Origin: the human T2T-CHM13v2.0 reference genome, Homo sapiens
Reading direction: 5' to 3'
NCBI GenBank assembly: GCA_009914755.4
Contig: CP086569.2
Span: 13,408,001 to 13,472,000 of the forward strand
DNA: 64,000 nt
Below the pieces are notes generated by a model, which ran no database searches, was not told the origin of the DNA, and saw only the letters and a program-made list of their open reading frames with translations. Shown here piece after piece: positions 1-14,186 of the stretch (position 1 is its first letter; each line of letters opens with the position of its first letter). Position numbers and translations under genes: made by a program.

Positions 1-56
1 AATGTCATAGATAGATGATGGACTGCTAGATAAATAGATAGATTGATAGAGGGAGG

Positions 57-110
<54 letters not shown>

Positions 111-156
111 TACATAGATAATACAGATGAGAGTTGGATACAGAAGTAGGTATAAT

Positions 157-224
<68 letters not shown>

Positions 225-272
225 CACACATAGATAATACAGATGAGAGTTGGATACAGAAGTAGGTATAAT

Positions 273-323
<51 letters not shown>

Positions 324-324
324 G
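57..324 (-). repeat. Compound tetranucleotide STR consistent with Y-STR DYS389I/II (three GATA/GACA blocks plus ~117-bp higher-order duplication)
   Basis: Read on the minus strand, block 57-108 is (TCTG)3(TCTA)10 and block 157-224 is (TCTG)5(TCTA)11. Block 273-320 is (TCTA)12. Blocks A and B are each followed at 121-145 and 228-252 by an exact reverse complement of CCAACTCTCATCTGTATTATCTATG, the DYS389 forward primer as I recall it. The ~117-bp unit GATA-GACA-'atagataatacagatgagagttggatacagaagtaggtataatgata' is duplicated. Confidence 0.8.
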
Positions 325-1260
325 ATAGAAGACAGAAAATCATTGACAGATTAGGTAGATGATAGGTGTATATAATAGAGACAGATAGGTCGATGGATAA
401 TGGTAGATGATAGATAGATCTAGAGATAGGCAGACAGACAGACAGGATCTCTCATGCTAATGCAAGATTCCTCAGCCTCAGTCCTACTGACATATGAGGT
501 TGGATCACTCTTTTCTGTGGGGCGTCCTGTGCACTGCAGGGTGTTGACCAGCATCCCTGGGCTCCACCCACTAGATGCCAGGAGCATCCCTGCTATCAGT
601 GTGGCAACTCAAAGCCTCAAGATATCAACAAGTGTCCCTGTGGATAAACATGATCCCTGGTTGAGAATGGCTGGATGGCAGCATCTGTATCTGGGGGTGT
701 CACCTTGGGCCTGCTTAGAGTGAATGACACATCACCGAATTGGAGAGCACAGAGCTGCCTCCCCACTGTGGCAGTGATCCATGAGACTCCACCCAAAGGT
801 AACCACATGGTTGCACACAGAGTCATCATCTCTTAAAAGAAGCACATAGCTCCGCTTGGGCATCACCTGGGGTGCTTCTTAAAATGCAGGTCTCCCAGCT
901 CCCAAATGCCTGACCCACACCTGCTGAATAAAGACCTCAGTGGGTGGGGACTGGGTGGCGCTTTTAATACCTCCTCCCTTCAAGGTGATGACCTGCACAT
1001 CAAAGACAGAGAATCACTGCACGAAATGGCTACATGCTCGAGGTGACAATGGCAGGGAAATGACCCATTTGTGGTTCCCTTTCCACACCTACAAATTTGC
1101 TAGATCCTTTGCAGGGAAGGAGGGGGCAGGGAGAGAGGGGACACCAGAATAGAAACAAGTCAAGAAAAATATAACTGAGACGTAGGATGAGGCTGGCGTG
1201 GTTTGGGGTTCTGTACGCTGCCATGGTATGGCTTCTCACCTTAGGCGATCATCATAACGT

Positions 1261-1578
1261 TTTTTTCCTTTTTTTTTTTTTTTTTTTTTTTTTTGAGATG
1301 GAGTCTTACTCTGCCACCCAGGCTGGAGTGCAGTGGTATGATCTCAGCTGATTGCAACCTCCGCCTCCTGGGTTCAAGCGATTCTCCTGTCTCAGCCTCC
1401 TGAATAGCTGGGATTACAGACACCCCCCACCATGCCTGGCTAATTTTTGTATTTTTAGTAGAAACAGCGTTCTGCCATGTTGGCCAGGCTGGTCTCAAAC
1501 TCCTGACCTCAAGTGATCCGCCCAACTCGGCCTCCCAAACTGCTGGGATTACAAACATGAGCCACTGTGCCCGGCCCA
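1261..1578 (-). mobile_element. Alu SINE (AluS-like), full length
   Basis: Poly-T at 1261-1294, then the reverse complement of Alu (gagatggagtcttactctgccacccaggctggagtgcagtgg ... gagccactgtgcccggcc). Confidence 0.92.
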
Positions 1579-3214
1579 CAACTTCCCCATATCCCAATTT
1601 TTAGAAGTAAACTAAACAGCCTGTGACAACCTAATGCAGCAAGTAATGAAAAATACTTGGCACAATCCTCACTTACCTTTACTCAACAGGAAGTACTCAG
1701 AAATATGATGTGCTACTGTTCAGAGGTCTGAGTGATCTTTTTCATAAGTCTTTTCTAGTCTTTACATAGAAACACAGCTCTATACAAATGCATACACATT
1801 TTAAGTCATGTTGATAAGGACAGGAGGCAGGAAGATACTAGTTAGAAGAGGGCAGTTCCCCAGCAAAGGCCCCGCCCTCAAGCCTGGAACCTATAGTCCT
1901 AAATGGAAACAGGCATTCCTATTTTTGTGCCCAAATGTTGCCTTTTGACCCACCATGCCTCCCTGTCCTGTACCCATATAAACCCCAAACCCCAGACCCC
2001 ATGTGAAAACAGACAGATGAGCAGAAAAGGCGAGGAACCAAAGAGCAGCACAGCAGAGAAGGAGAGAAGAGAAGGAACAGCTGAACACTGAGAGGTGTTC
2101 AGCTGGGGTGGTTGAAGAAGAGATTAGCTGCAGAACAACTACACTCCAGGGGAAGATCATCTTCCCACTCCATCCCCTTTCCAGCTCCCCAACCATCCCA
2201 CTGAGAGTCACCTCTACCTGGCAACAAAGTCTTCTGCATTTACCATCCTTCAGCTTGTTCATGTGATCTGATTCTTCCTGGATGCCGGACGAGAACCCAG
2301 GTACCAAGACGGCACTGAGCTGGCTAACACTTAAGCCACGTGCGGATGGCAGAGCTAAAAGAGCACCGTAACACACCCACTGGGGCTTCGGGGGTCACAG
2401 GCACCCACCCCTAGATGTTACCGTGGGGCCCAGAGCTCAAAAACACTCATGCTAGCTGCTGCACCTGCCCATCTGCAAGTTCTGCGTCCCATAAGAGGTT
2501 TCAGTATGTGGCGGTCAAAGAGATGAAGCACACCCCTGTCGCACATTCTGTGAGGGGGGTCAGGGAACTCTCAGGTTTTAAATCTGATAAGGGAATAATG
2601 TACAATAGACTTGGAAGAGACTGTCTTAGCTGGTGTATATCCTGGACATTATCCTTTTCTTTTAATTTATTTTTAATTGATACATAACAGATGTACATAG
2701 CTTCAGGATATATGTAAAAATTTACTACATTTATATAATTTGTAAAGATCAAATCAGCCTACTTGGGATATCCATCCACCTTAAATATTTGTCTTTCCTT
2801 CATATTAGAACCATTCTGACTCTTCTATTTTGAAATCTACAATAGATTATTGTAAACTAAAGTCACCCTACTGATTATGTAAACACTAGTGCTTATTTCT
2901 TCTATCGAACTCTGTCATTTTCTTTTTTTTCCCTCAATAAATGACATTTCATACACTGCCCTTTGGGGTTTCCACTTCTGGTTCTCAGCTTCTTCTCAGC
3001 TGTTAGAAGACCTGATTTTGTCTCGTGCTCCTTCATGCCCCTCTGGATTGGATGGCGAATACTAATTAAATACAGTGGAAATGTAGGGCTGCTAAAATGT
3101 CAACCTCTATTAGGAATATGGCCGTCTTGCTATTATCTTCTTTTGTATTGATAATTTAGTAATCATCATAATGATTTACAGCATATTAACGATTAACAAT
3201 ATTCTGTCTTCTTT

Positions 3215-3320
3215 ATTTTATTTTAAGTTCCGGGATACGTGTGCAGGACGTGCAGGTTTGTTACATAGGTAAACATGTGCCATGGTGGTTTGCTGCACCT
3301 ATCAACCCGTCACAGAGGCA
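3215..3320 (-). mobile_element. L1 3'-terminal fragment
   Basis: Antisense copy of the L1 3' end (ttaagttccgggatacgtgtgcaggacgtgcaggtttgttacataggtaaacatgtgccatggtggtttgctgcacc), preceded by a T-rich stretch. Confidence 0.8.
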
Positions 3321-3589
3321 TTAAGCCCCACATGCATTAGCTATTGATCCTGAACAATAATCTGTTTTCTTAAGTACTTCGTAGCAATCATCGCACCAGC
3401 CTTGCAGAATGTTTTTGGGATCTTGGGAATGTGCTCCATTTCCAGCTGGTGATGGCTGGGGATGAAACAGGGTCGTCTGTGCATTTAACTAATTTTTACC
3501 CAGGACATACCCAGCTGCTGCATGTACATCATCTTATTTACACAGAAGGGCCCTGATCCAGACCTCACTTTCTTTCCAGGCCCTCCTGT

Positions 3590-4150
3590 AACCTCCCTAA
3601 GGGGCGCTACTTGTGTCAGAGGCACTGGAACCAGAGCGACTCCATCTTGAATAGGGGCTGGGCAATAGAAGGCTGAAACCTACTGGGCTGCATTCCCAGA
3701 TGATTAAGGCATTCTGAGTCACAGGATGAGACTGAAGGTCTGCACAAGATACAGGTCATAAAGACCTAGCTGATACAACAGGATGTAGTAAAGAAACCGG
3801 CCAGAACCCACCAAAACCCAGATGGTGATGAGAGTGGCCTCTGGTTGTCCTCAGTGTTACCCTCCCACCAGCACCATGACAATTACAAATGCCACGGCAA
3901 TGTCAGGAATTCTGCATGGTCTAAAAAGGGGAGGCATGAATAATCGAAGCCTTGCTTAGCATATCACTAAGAAATAACCATAAAAATGGGCAAGCAGTAG
4001 CTCTAAGAGCTGCTCTGCGGAGTAGCCATTCTTTTATTCCTTTACTTTCCAAATAAACTTGTTTTCAGTTTACAGACTAGCCCTGAATTCTTTATGGAGC
4101 GAGATCCAAGAACCCTGTCTTGGCGTCTGGATCTGGACCCCTTTCCTGTA
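3590..4150 (+). mobile_element. Possible retroviral LTR-like interspersed repeat (unclassified)
   Basis: Has an AATAAA signal (ccaaataaacttgttttcag) and an R/U5-like end (ccctgtcttggcgtctggatctggacccctttcctgtaaca). No family assignment could be made by eye. Confidence 0.3.
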
Positions 4151-4306
4151 ACACTTGGAGGAGGGATGATTCTGATTTTCAGAAGACAAGGCTTGGGATA
4201 GAGCAGGATGCTCACTGGAGTCTTCCCAGACAGAGCTACAGGACAGCTCAGATTCCGCTGCCGGCTGCCCCCGTCCAAATCCTCAGTGCCTCAGTTTACC
4301 CATATC

Positions 4307-4744
4307 TGTGATGGTTAATACTGAATGTCAACTCGATTGGATTGAAGGATACAAAGTATTGATCCTGGGTGTGTCTGTGAGGGTGTTGCCAAAGGAGATT
4401 AACATTTGAGTCAGTGGACTGGAAGGGGCAGACCCACCCTCAATCTGGGTGGGCACCACCTAATCAGCTGCCACTGTGGCTAGAATATAAGCAGGCAGAA
4501 AAATGTGAAAAGAGACACTGGCCTAGTCTTCTGGCCTATATCTTTCTCCCATGGTGGATGCTGGAACATCAGACTCCAAGTTCTTCAGTTTTGGAACCTG
4601 GACTGGCTCTCCTTGCTCCTCAGCCTGCAGACGGCCTGTTGTGGGACCTTGTGATCATGTGAGTTAATACTTAATAAACTCCTCTCTATATATATATTTC
4701 TATTGCATTAGTTCTGTCCCTCTAGAGAACCCTGACTAATACAC
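4307..4744 (+). mobile_element. ERVL-MaLR-type solo LTR (MLT/MST-like)
   Basis: Starts tgtgatggttaatactgaatgtcaac and ends ...ctctagagaaccctgactaatacac, the canonical MaLR terminus. A second copy lies at 11727-12060. Confidence 0.7.
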
Positions 4745-4856
4745 CATCTGTAAAATGACATCAGGCACGACACTCCCGTCATAGGGTTGAGGGACAATCA
4801 ACTAAGTTAATCCATGCCTAGTGCATAGGAAGTGCTGCTGTCATTCAAAGAATTTA

Positions 4857-5180
<324 letters not shown>

Positions 5181-5378
5181 TTATGTCATAAGTGCATTTA
5201 ATACAACTACCCTACCAAATGCCATAGCTTAGCCTTACCTGCCTTCAAAGTGGTCAGAACACCAGCCAACGGATGGACAAATCATCTAGCACACAGTCAA
5301 CTTTATAATGAGGTGTTGCATACCTCACATAATTTGTTGAATATTGTACTGAAAGTGAAAAACAGAATGGCTGTATGG

Positions 5379-5688
<310 letters not shown>

Positions 5689-7794
5689 TCAAAGTACAGT
5701 TTTAGTTTGTACTGAATGCATACCAATTTTACACCATTGTAAAGTTGAAAAATCTTAAATTGAACCATCATGTCAAACCATGGTAAGTTGGGAACTGTCT
5801 GTATCCGCACTTTGTAGAAGTTGATTTGCCCAAGGGCATATGGTTAACCTTTGGCTCTTACTGTGAATGATACAAACTCCTGGAAGTACTTTTCTGGGGA
5901 GGTGGGTTTGCTGTTGAACATCTCCCTGTAAACAGAAGCTAATGAATGCACGGCCGCATTGTCCACTTACTAGGTGAGATCTGAAGACAGCACAGAATAA
6001 TAAAAAATTCTCACTGCAGATCCTAGACTATGTCCACCAGGATCTATCCATCCCGACACCGCCTCCGCCCATAAACAACCAACTCCAATCTTAATGACGT
6101 CCATGTCTTTAAATAGGATAAACAGGAAATGCTGCCACAGGGACATCTGAATGATGTGTTTTAACTCCTAACAGAAATACTTCTCTCTCTTAAGATGCGC
6201 CCAGGCGTTCCCTTCTCTGAAATCGCCACATTAAAATGACCAAAGAAACTTACTCAACCTTTGTTCAAATCCTATACTTTATGAGTTCGTTGGAGTTTCT
6301 TAAAGAGGTCCTCGCACGGAACTAAAAAATCTAATCTTGGAGTCTGGGACAGCCAGTCTGCAAGTTTATATTGAAGTTTTTGATGTGAACAATTCAGGTG
6401 GTTTTAATTTGCAAGAATGAATGACAGTGTTTAGGAAAAGGTTTAAAAATCTGAACAAATGCAACCCTTCCGGCAAACGAATCTCTGGTAATCTGCCCCA
6501 CGGGATGAAGTAGTTTCAACTCTACTTTTACTGTATGGAAATGGTCAGAACTAATTTTTAAAATCAGAAAGAAATGACTGACATTCCCCACACACCCAGT
6601 CATGCTTGAATCATGGAGTTAAATAGGTCATTTTTTAAACGCTTGGGACACATGGATCAAAACAGGACAATATGGCGAATATCTAGATGGTATCAGCTAA
6701 CATCCTGCCCTTCTGGATCTAATTCCCAGATTCCAAATGGGAGCAGCCCGTCTTCTCCCTCCCCTCTCAGCCACCCATCGCTCTTAGTCTCCTTTCTAAT
6801 CCCATTGGGCAAATTATCCCCATTCACTTCATAGCAACTCCTTTGGAAAGAGTTTCTTAAAGCAAGAATAGAAAAATCCACGCCCAGGCAGATCTCCCTC
6901 AAAGCAAAATGCCTCTTACCTCGGGCGTGCATTAGAAAACACAGGAACGCAAGACAGGGAAGTCCCCACCAGCTCTCCATGGTTTGCTTCAGGATGCAAG
7001 AACCTCAGTGGACTCCCCAGCCAAGGGGATTGTGAGATCCAGCCTCTCCACCCTCCTGTTGTTGACTTCTGGTCTCCCAGCTTGGAAGGAAGGGAGGCGA
7101 TGTCTTCAAGTGGAAAATATGAGCCGAACTGCCAGAAACAAATGGGCTCCAAGCTCAGATCCCAAACTCCACAGCTGAAAACCTGTGGGACCAGTGTAGG
7201 CACACTCAGTCGTGTGTCGGAGCCAGTCTCCCCGGGCTGCCCCAACCAATCTGCAGCAGCGCAGAGGATGGGGAAACTGGGGTGGTTCCCAAGCACCAAT
7301 GGGCATCTCAGGCTTCTGGAAGCCGGCACACTTGCTGGGCAACTCTGCTCGCTGCGGGTGTGGGAGCTGTAGCAAGTTCAAAGTCACCAACCCAGAAATC
7401 AGAGAAGACACTGGCCGCCTGTAATCTTCCTCCTGCAGGACGTGATTGTACAGTGATACCCAGTGTGGGGTTAATGTACACATCAGTGCAAAGACCTCAG
7501 TTGAAGTCTTGGCTTTTATACCTAACAAACTCAGTGACTTCCAAGAGGCATTTTTTATCCTCAGCCTTCAGTTGTCTTTGTAGGTGGCAGAACTAATATT
7601 TCAGCAGAGACGGTTGTTCAGGAAAAGCAGATGACATGTGGCTTTTTGTGTCTTTCACTTACGCTGCATTGGAGATGATTGAAAGTCCCTGATTTGTAAA
7701 ATTCCAGGCTTTTGCTTTCTGAGTGTGCAGTATCAAATTAGTTGATGCATTCATTCAACAAACATCCAATGCATACCACTCTTTTTTTGTAATT

Positions 7795-9045
7795 TTCTTT
7801 TTTATTATTGTTATACTTTAAGTTCTGGGGTACATGTGCAGAACGTGCAGTTTTGTTACATAGGTATACACATGCCATGGTGGTTTGCTGCACCCATCAA
7901 CCCATCACCTACATTAGATATTTCTCCTAATGCTATCCCACCCACAGCTCCCCACCCCCTCAAAGGCCCTGGTGTGTGATGTTCCCCTCCCTGTGTCCAT
8001 GTGTTCTCATTGTTCAACTCCCACTTAGGAGTGAGAACATGCAGTGTTTGGTTTTCTGTTCCTGTGATAGTTTGCTGAGAATGATGGTTTCCAGCCTCAT
8101 CCATGTCCCTACAAAGGACATGAACTCATCCTTTTTTTATAGCTGCATAGTATTCCATGGTGTATACGTGCCACATTTTCTTTATGCAGTCTATCATTGA
8201 TGGACACTTGGGTTGGTTCCAAGTCTTTGCTATATACCCAGTACCGGGATTGCTGGGTCAACAGGTATTTCTAGTTCTAGGTCCTTGAGGAATCACCACA
8301 CTGTCTTCCACAATGGTTGAACTAATTTAAACTCCCACCAACAGTGTAGAAGTGTTCCTATTTCTCCACATCCTCGCCAGCATGTGTTGTTTCCCGACCT
8401 TTTAACGACCACCATTCTAACTGGCATGAGATGGTATCTCATTGTGGTTTTGATTTACATTTCTCTAATGACCAGTGATCATAAGCATTTTTCCATGTTT
8501 GTGGCTGCATAAATGTCTTCTTTTGAGAAGTATCTGTTCATATCCTTTGCCCCTTTTTTGATGGGGTTCTTTCTTTCTTGTAAATTTGTTTGAGTTCTTT
8601 GTAGATTCTAGATATTAGCCCTTTGTCAGATGAACAGATGGCAAAAATTTTCTCCCATTCGGTAGGTTGCCTGTTCACTCTAATGATAGTTTCTTTTGCT
8701 GTGCAGAAGCTCTTTAGTTTAAATAGATCCCATTTGTCAATTTTGGCTTTTGTTGCCATTGCTTTTGGTGTTTTAGATATGATGTCTTTGCCCATGCCTA
8801 TGTCCTGAATGATATTGCCTAGATTTTTTTTCTAGGATTGTTATGGTTTTAGGTCTTATGTTTAAGTCTTTAATCCATCTCGAGTTGATTTTTGTATAAG
8901 GTGCACGGAAGCAGTTCAGTTTCAGTTTTCTGCATGTGGCTAGCCAGTTTTCCCAACACCATTTATTAAATTGGGAATCTTTTCCCCATTGCTTGTTTGT
9001 GTCAGGTTTGTCAAAGATCACATGGTTGTATATTTTTCCCCCCAA
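7795..9045 (-). mobile_element. L1 3' fragment (~1.25 kb; ORF2 C-terminus plus 3'UTR, with internal deletion)
   Basis: Antisense L1 3' end at 7805-7930. The minus-strand ORF 8538-8795 translates to the L1 ORF2 motif [44 protein letters not shown]. Confidence 0.9.
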
Positions 9046-9182
9046 ACTTTGTATATTGAAGCGCTACCCTTCAGTACTTTAGAATGTGACTTTCTTTGGA
9101 AATAAGATCATTTGCATATGGACGCAAAAGGAAAGGCATGAAATCGATTCTACCTCACAGCCTCAGAAGAAATTAGCCCTGC

Positions 9183-9480
9183 TGGCTGGGTACGGTGGCT
9201 AACATCTGTAATCCCAGCACTTTGCGAGTCCGAGGCAGGCAGATCACTTCAGATCAGGAGTTCAAGAGCAGCCTGGTCAACATGGTGAAACCCCATTTCT
9301 ACCAAAAATACAAAAATTAGCATAGTGTGGTGGTGCATCCCTGTAATCCCAGCTACTTGGGAGCCTGAGGAAGGAGAATTGCTTGAACCCAGAAGGCAGA
9401 GGTTTCAGTGAGCTGAGATTGCACCGCTGCACTCCAGACTTGGCAACGGAAACAAAGTGAGACTCCGTCTCAAAGAAAAG
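9183..9480 (+). mobile_element. Alu SINE
   Basis: ggctgggtacggtggctaacatctgtaatcccagcactttgcgag ... ctgcactccagacttggcaacggaaacaaagtgagactccgtctc. Confidence 0.9.
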
Positions 9481-9505
9481 AACAGAGAGAGAGAGAGAGA
9501 GGGAT
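9481..9505. repeat. (GA)n microsatellite
   Basis: acagagagagagagagagagggat, directly after the Alu tail. Confidence 0.7.
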
Positions 9506-9760
9506 ATCAGCCCTGTCTGCCCCTTGATTTCAGACCTCCGTGCTCCAGAACTGTGACAGCTTAACTGTCTGTTTTGTAAGCCCCCTCCCCACTCAAGCAT
9601 GTTTTCGTGACAGACCCAGGAAGCTAATATAGGAAACAACTGCTAATGAGATTTCTATTTCGGGCAGTGAAAATATCTTGGAACTAGTTAGAAGTGGTGG
9701 CCACACAACACTGTGAAAGCAGCAAGTACCCTGAATTGTTCACTTTAAAATGGTGAATTC

Positions 9761-10031
9761 TCCTGTCATCCTGGCACTTTGGGAGGCTGAGGCAGGTGGA
9801 TCACCTGAGGTCAGGAGTTCGAGACCAGCCTGGCCAACACTGTGAAACCCGTCTTCACTAAAAATACAAACATTAGCCGAGTGTGGTGGCACATGCCTGT
9901 AATCCCAACTGCTTGGCAGGCTGAGGCATGAGAATCGCTTCAATCCGGGAAGCAGAGGTTAAAATGAAATGACAGCACGCCACTGCACTCCAGCCTGGGT
10001 GACAAAGAAAGACTCTATCTCAAAAAAAAAA
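9761..10031 (+). mobile_element. Alu SINE (5'-truncated)
   Basis: tcctgtcatcctggcactttgggaggctgaggcaggtggatcacctgaggtcaggagttcgagaccagcctggccaac ... poly-A. Confidence 0.88.
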
Positions 10032-10434
10032 TCTTAATTCTAAGACTTGTGAATTTCACCTTAATAAAAAAAAAGTTTCCCAAAAAGTAGTGAGGAATTA
10101 GATTAAATGGTTAAATTCGGGAAAGCCTCTCAGATGAAATGAAGATGCAAAATAATTGCTACGATTTCCACCATGCCTAACATGTGCCAGTGTTGTAAGT
10201 ATTTTACATGCTTCTTGAGGCAAGAGTAGATAAGCTTTCTGTAGAAGGTCAGGTAGTAAAGGCATTTCTCTTTGCAAACTGTATGGATTCTGCTGCAATA
10301 TGTAACCAATATCTGTACAACTGGACTTTATTTATGGACATAAAAATTTGAGTGTCACATAATTTTCATGTATCATAAAATATTGTTGTTCTTTCATGTT
10401 TTAAAAATTATTCAGACATATAAAAACCATTTTT

Positions 10435-10750
10435 GGCTGGGTGCCGTACCTCATGTCTGTAATTCCAGCACCTTGAGAGGCAGAGACAGGCGGATCACTT
10501 GAGGCCAGGAGTTCGAGACCAACCTGGCCAACATGGTGAAACTCTGTCTCTACTGAAAATACAAAATGTAGCCGGGCGTAGTGGTGCATGCCTGTAGTCC
10601 CAGCTGCTCAGGTGGCTGAGGCAGGAGAATCGCTTGAACCCAGGGGCGGAGGTTGCAGTGAGCCGAGATCATGCCACTGGACTCCAGCCTGGGCGACGGA
10701 GTAAGACGCCATCTCAAAACAACAATAACGACAATAATACAAAAAAATTC
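10435..10750 (+). mobile_element. Alu SINE
   Basis: ggctgggtgccgtacctcatgtctgtaattccagcaccttgagaggc ... gccactggactccagcctgggcgacggagtaagacgccatctc. Confidence 0.9.
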
Positions 10751-11211
10751 TTACCTCGAAAGCTGTACAAAAACACACCGTGGGCAGATTTGGCTGCCGG
10801 GTTCTAGTTTGCCGACATCAAAGCTGTGTGTTGCGGGAGTCCTGAGAAACCCAGTTTTATCACCTCTGCTTCACTAAAGTATGGTCAGGGCAGGCCGTGT
10901 GCCCAGCGGTAATACACGCAGGCTCCAGATCAGAGCACGTTAGGGGAAAAGCACTCTACTTTACCGCTCGAAGCCTCAGCTGATCAAATGCTGGGAGCTC
11001 ACAGACACGGCAGAATTTACAAAGCCGACTTTAATTTTCACATCCTCGATAACCTTAAAAAGCGTGAATGCATCTCCTTTTCAATGTTCGTGGGATGCTC
11101 CTGAAAATTCACAACTGCACTACAAAGAAAGCTTTAGCAAACTGTTTTTTTAAAGTAGAAACAAGACAGAAGACATTCTGTTGCTGTAAAATTGGAAATA
11201 AGAATATTCTA

Positions 11212-11528
11212 GGCCACGCATGATGGCTCACACCGGCGATCCCAGCACTTTAGGAGGCCGAGGCGGATGGATCACCTGAGGTCAGGAGTTTGAGACCAGC
11301 CTGGCCAACATGGTGAAACCACATTTCTACTACAAATACAAAAATTAGCTGGGTGTGGTGGCATGTGCCTGTAATCCCAGCTACTTGGGAGGCTGAGGCA
11401 GGAGAATCACTTGAACCGGAAAGGTGGAGATTGTAGTGAGCTTAGATCAGGCCACTGCACTCCAGCCTGGGGGACAGAGTAAGACTCTGTCTCAAAAACA
11501 AAATAAAAAGTAATAAAAAATAAAAGAA
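11212..11528 (+). mobile_element. Alu SINE
   Basis: ggccacgcatgatggctcacaccggcgatcccagcactttaggaggccgaggcgg ... ctccagcctgggggacagagtaagactctgtctc. Confidence 0.9.
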
Positions 11529-11726
11529 TCAAGATATTCTTATTCTGTGTCACAGTAACTTCCTGACTTTGTGATTCACCCTGGCACACATACAGACATG
11601 GATACAACAGGTTTTTAGATATAAAATCATGAAAAAAATCGATCTGTTTCTTTCTCAGGAGCATTTGTGAGGAATGGGCATTAGGTACAAAGGTGCGTGC
11701 ATGTTTCATTGTTTATGGACAATGCC

Positions 11727-12059
11727 TGTGATGGTTCATACTGACTGTCAACCTGATTGGACTGAGGGATACAAAGTATTGATTCTAGGTGTGTCTCTGA
11801 GAATCTTGCCAAAGGAGATTACCATTTGAGTCAGTGGGCTGGGAAAGGCAGACCCACCTTTAATCTGGGTGGGCACCATTTCATCAGCTGCATCATGGCT
11901 GGAATATCAGTGAGGAGAAAAATGTGAAAAGAGACACTAACCTAGCCTCCCAACAGACATCTCTCTCCTGTGCTGGATGCTTCCTGCCCTGGAACATCAG
12001 ACTCCAAGTTCTTCAATTTTGGGACTGGGATTGAGTCTCTTTGCTCCTCAGCCTGCAGA

Positions 12060-12060
<1 letters not shown>
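11727..12060 (+). mobile_element. ERVL-MaLR-type LTR, 5' portion (interrupted by an AC/AT-rich expansion; the 3' terminus resumes at 14226-14277)
   Basis: Near-identical in sequence organisation to the LTR at 4307-4744 (tgtgatggttcatactgactgtcaacctgattgg ... ttgctcctcagcctgcag). The terminal ...tctagagaaccttgactaatata is found at 14226-14277. Confidence 0.7.

Positions 12061-12062
<2 letters not shown>

Positions 12063-12104
<42 letters not shown>
12063..12104. repeat. (AC)n microsatellite
   Basis: About 21 AC dinucleotides. Confidence 0.9.
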
Positions 12105-12111
<7 letters not shown>

Positions 12112-14140
12112 GTATATATAAAATATAATATATTATATAATATAATGTATATTATATATTATATTATAATATATATTACATAATATACAATGTATAATAT
12201 ATTTATATATTATATAATACTACATAATATGTTATAATACATGATATACTATATTATACATTATATATTATATTATATAATTATTATATATTATATAATA
12301 AATAAGATATTATATATTATATTACATATAATACAATATATTATATAACATATATAATATATAATATACAATACTATATATAAAATATCTTATATATTAT
12401 ACATATTTATATATAAAATAATAATATATACATTATATATTATAATATATAATTATATATAAATATATAAATATATAATTATGTATAAATTATATAACAT
12501 ATAATTAATATATATTATAATAATATATATAAATTATATTATATATTATATTATATATTTAATATTTAATATATATAAATTTATATATATTATTTTTATA
12601 TATGATATATAATATATAAATATATTTATAAAGAAATATATATTTATAAATAAATATCTATATGTATGAAGAAACATATATTTATAAGTAAATATCTATA
12701 TGTATAAATAAATATATCTATATTTATAAATAAATATCTATATGTATAAATAAATATATATATTTATATATAAATAAATATTTAAATATATTTATACATA
12801 TATTCATATATTTATATATATATTTATAAATAAATATATATATAAATAAATATATACTTATAAATAAATATATAAATAAATATATAAAATATATATAAAA
12901 ATAAATATATTTATAAAAATATATATAAATATATATTTATAATAATATGTATTTATAAATAAATATATATATTTATAAATATATATTTATAAATATATAT
13001 GTATAAATAAATAACTATATATTTATATATATATTTATAAATACATATATATTTATAAATATATATATAAATATATATATTTAGAGTATACATACTCTAA
13101 ATATATATTTATATATATATTTATAAATATATATATTTTTTTATTATATATATATTTTATATATTTTTTATATATATAAATTATATATATAATTAATATA
13201 TATATAAATTATATAAATATATTTATAAATATATAAAAATTAGTATATATAAAAATTAATAAATATATTTTTATTTATGTATAAATAAGTATATAAAAAT
13301 AATAAATACAATATATAAATATAAATATAATGTATTATATATAATATATATCATATATTAAATATAATTAATATATTATTATATATGATTTAATAATCAA
13401 TATATAATATTCTATATTAATATAATAATCAATATATTATTACATATAATATAATATGGTATAATAATATATATCATGTATTATATATAAAATAATATAT
13501 TATTTGTATATATAAATATATATTTATATATAATATTATATATAAAATAATATATTATTTGTATATATAAATATATATTTATATATAATATTATATATAT
13601 AATAATATAATATATAAAAATATATAATATATAAATATATAATAAATAATAATATAATAATATATATTATATAATATGTTAATATATTATATATTAATAT
13701 ATAATATATTGAATATTATATATGTTGTGTATTATATAATATGTTATATATTATATAATATGTTATATATTATATAATATGTTATATATTATATAATATG
13801 TTATATATTACAGATTGTATAATATGTTATATATTATATAATATTATATAAGATGTTATATATTATATATTATATAATATGTTATATATTATATATTATA
13901 TAATATATTGTATATTGTATATGATGTATTATATATTATATAATATATTGTATATTGTATATGATGTATTATATATAATATACATTATATATATTATATA
14001 TTATATCATATATTATTATATATTATATGTAATATTACATAATATATAATATAATATATAATTTAATATTTAATATATGCTCTTATATTAATATATATTA
14101 TATATTATATAGTGTATATATTATATATATAATATATTAT
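12105..14140. repeat. ~2.0-kb pure AT-rich complex simple repeat (TA/TATAA/ATATTAT variants)
   Basis: Essentially 100% A+T over ~2 kb, with many imperfect short tandem units. Confidence 0.95.
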
Positions 14141-14186
14141 ATGTCTGTTTGACATGAATCCTGCTTGTCTGGGAACTTAGAATACA

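Noticed and set aside
26-343. 105-aa ORF (MIFCLLSSIYLSIYLS...)
   Set aside because: It is a translation of the (TATC)n/(TGTC)n tetranucleotide array, a periodicity artefact.
1891-2376. 161-aa minus-strand ORF
   Set aside because: No recognisable domain. It lies in a region with a TATAAA-containing, LTR-like appearance, so it is probably fortuitous.
2687-2940. Possible ancient L1 3'UTR-like AT-rich segment
   Set aside because: I could not match it confidently to any consensus by eye.
6900-7600. Cluster of 95-140-aa ORFs on both strands in a moderately GC-rich unique region
   Set aside because: No splice-consistent structure and no recognisable protein similarity. The overlapping frames on both strands are typical of GC-rich noncoding DNA. 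A lncRNA cannot be excluded from sequence alone.
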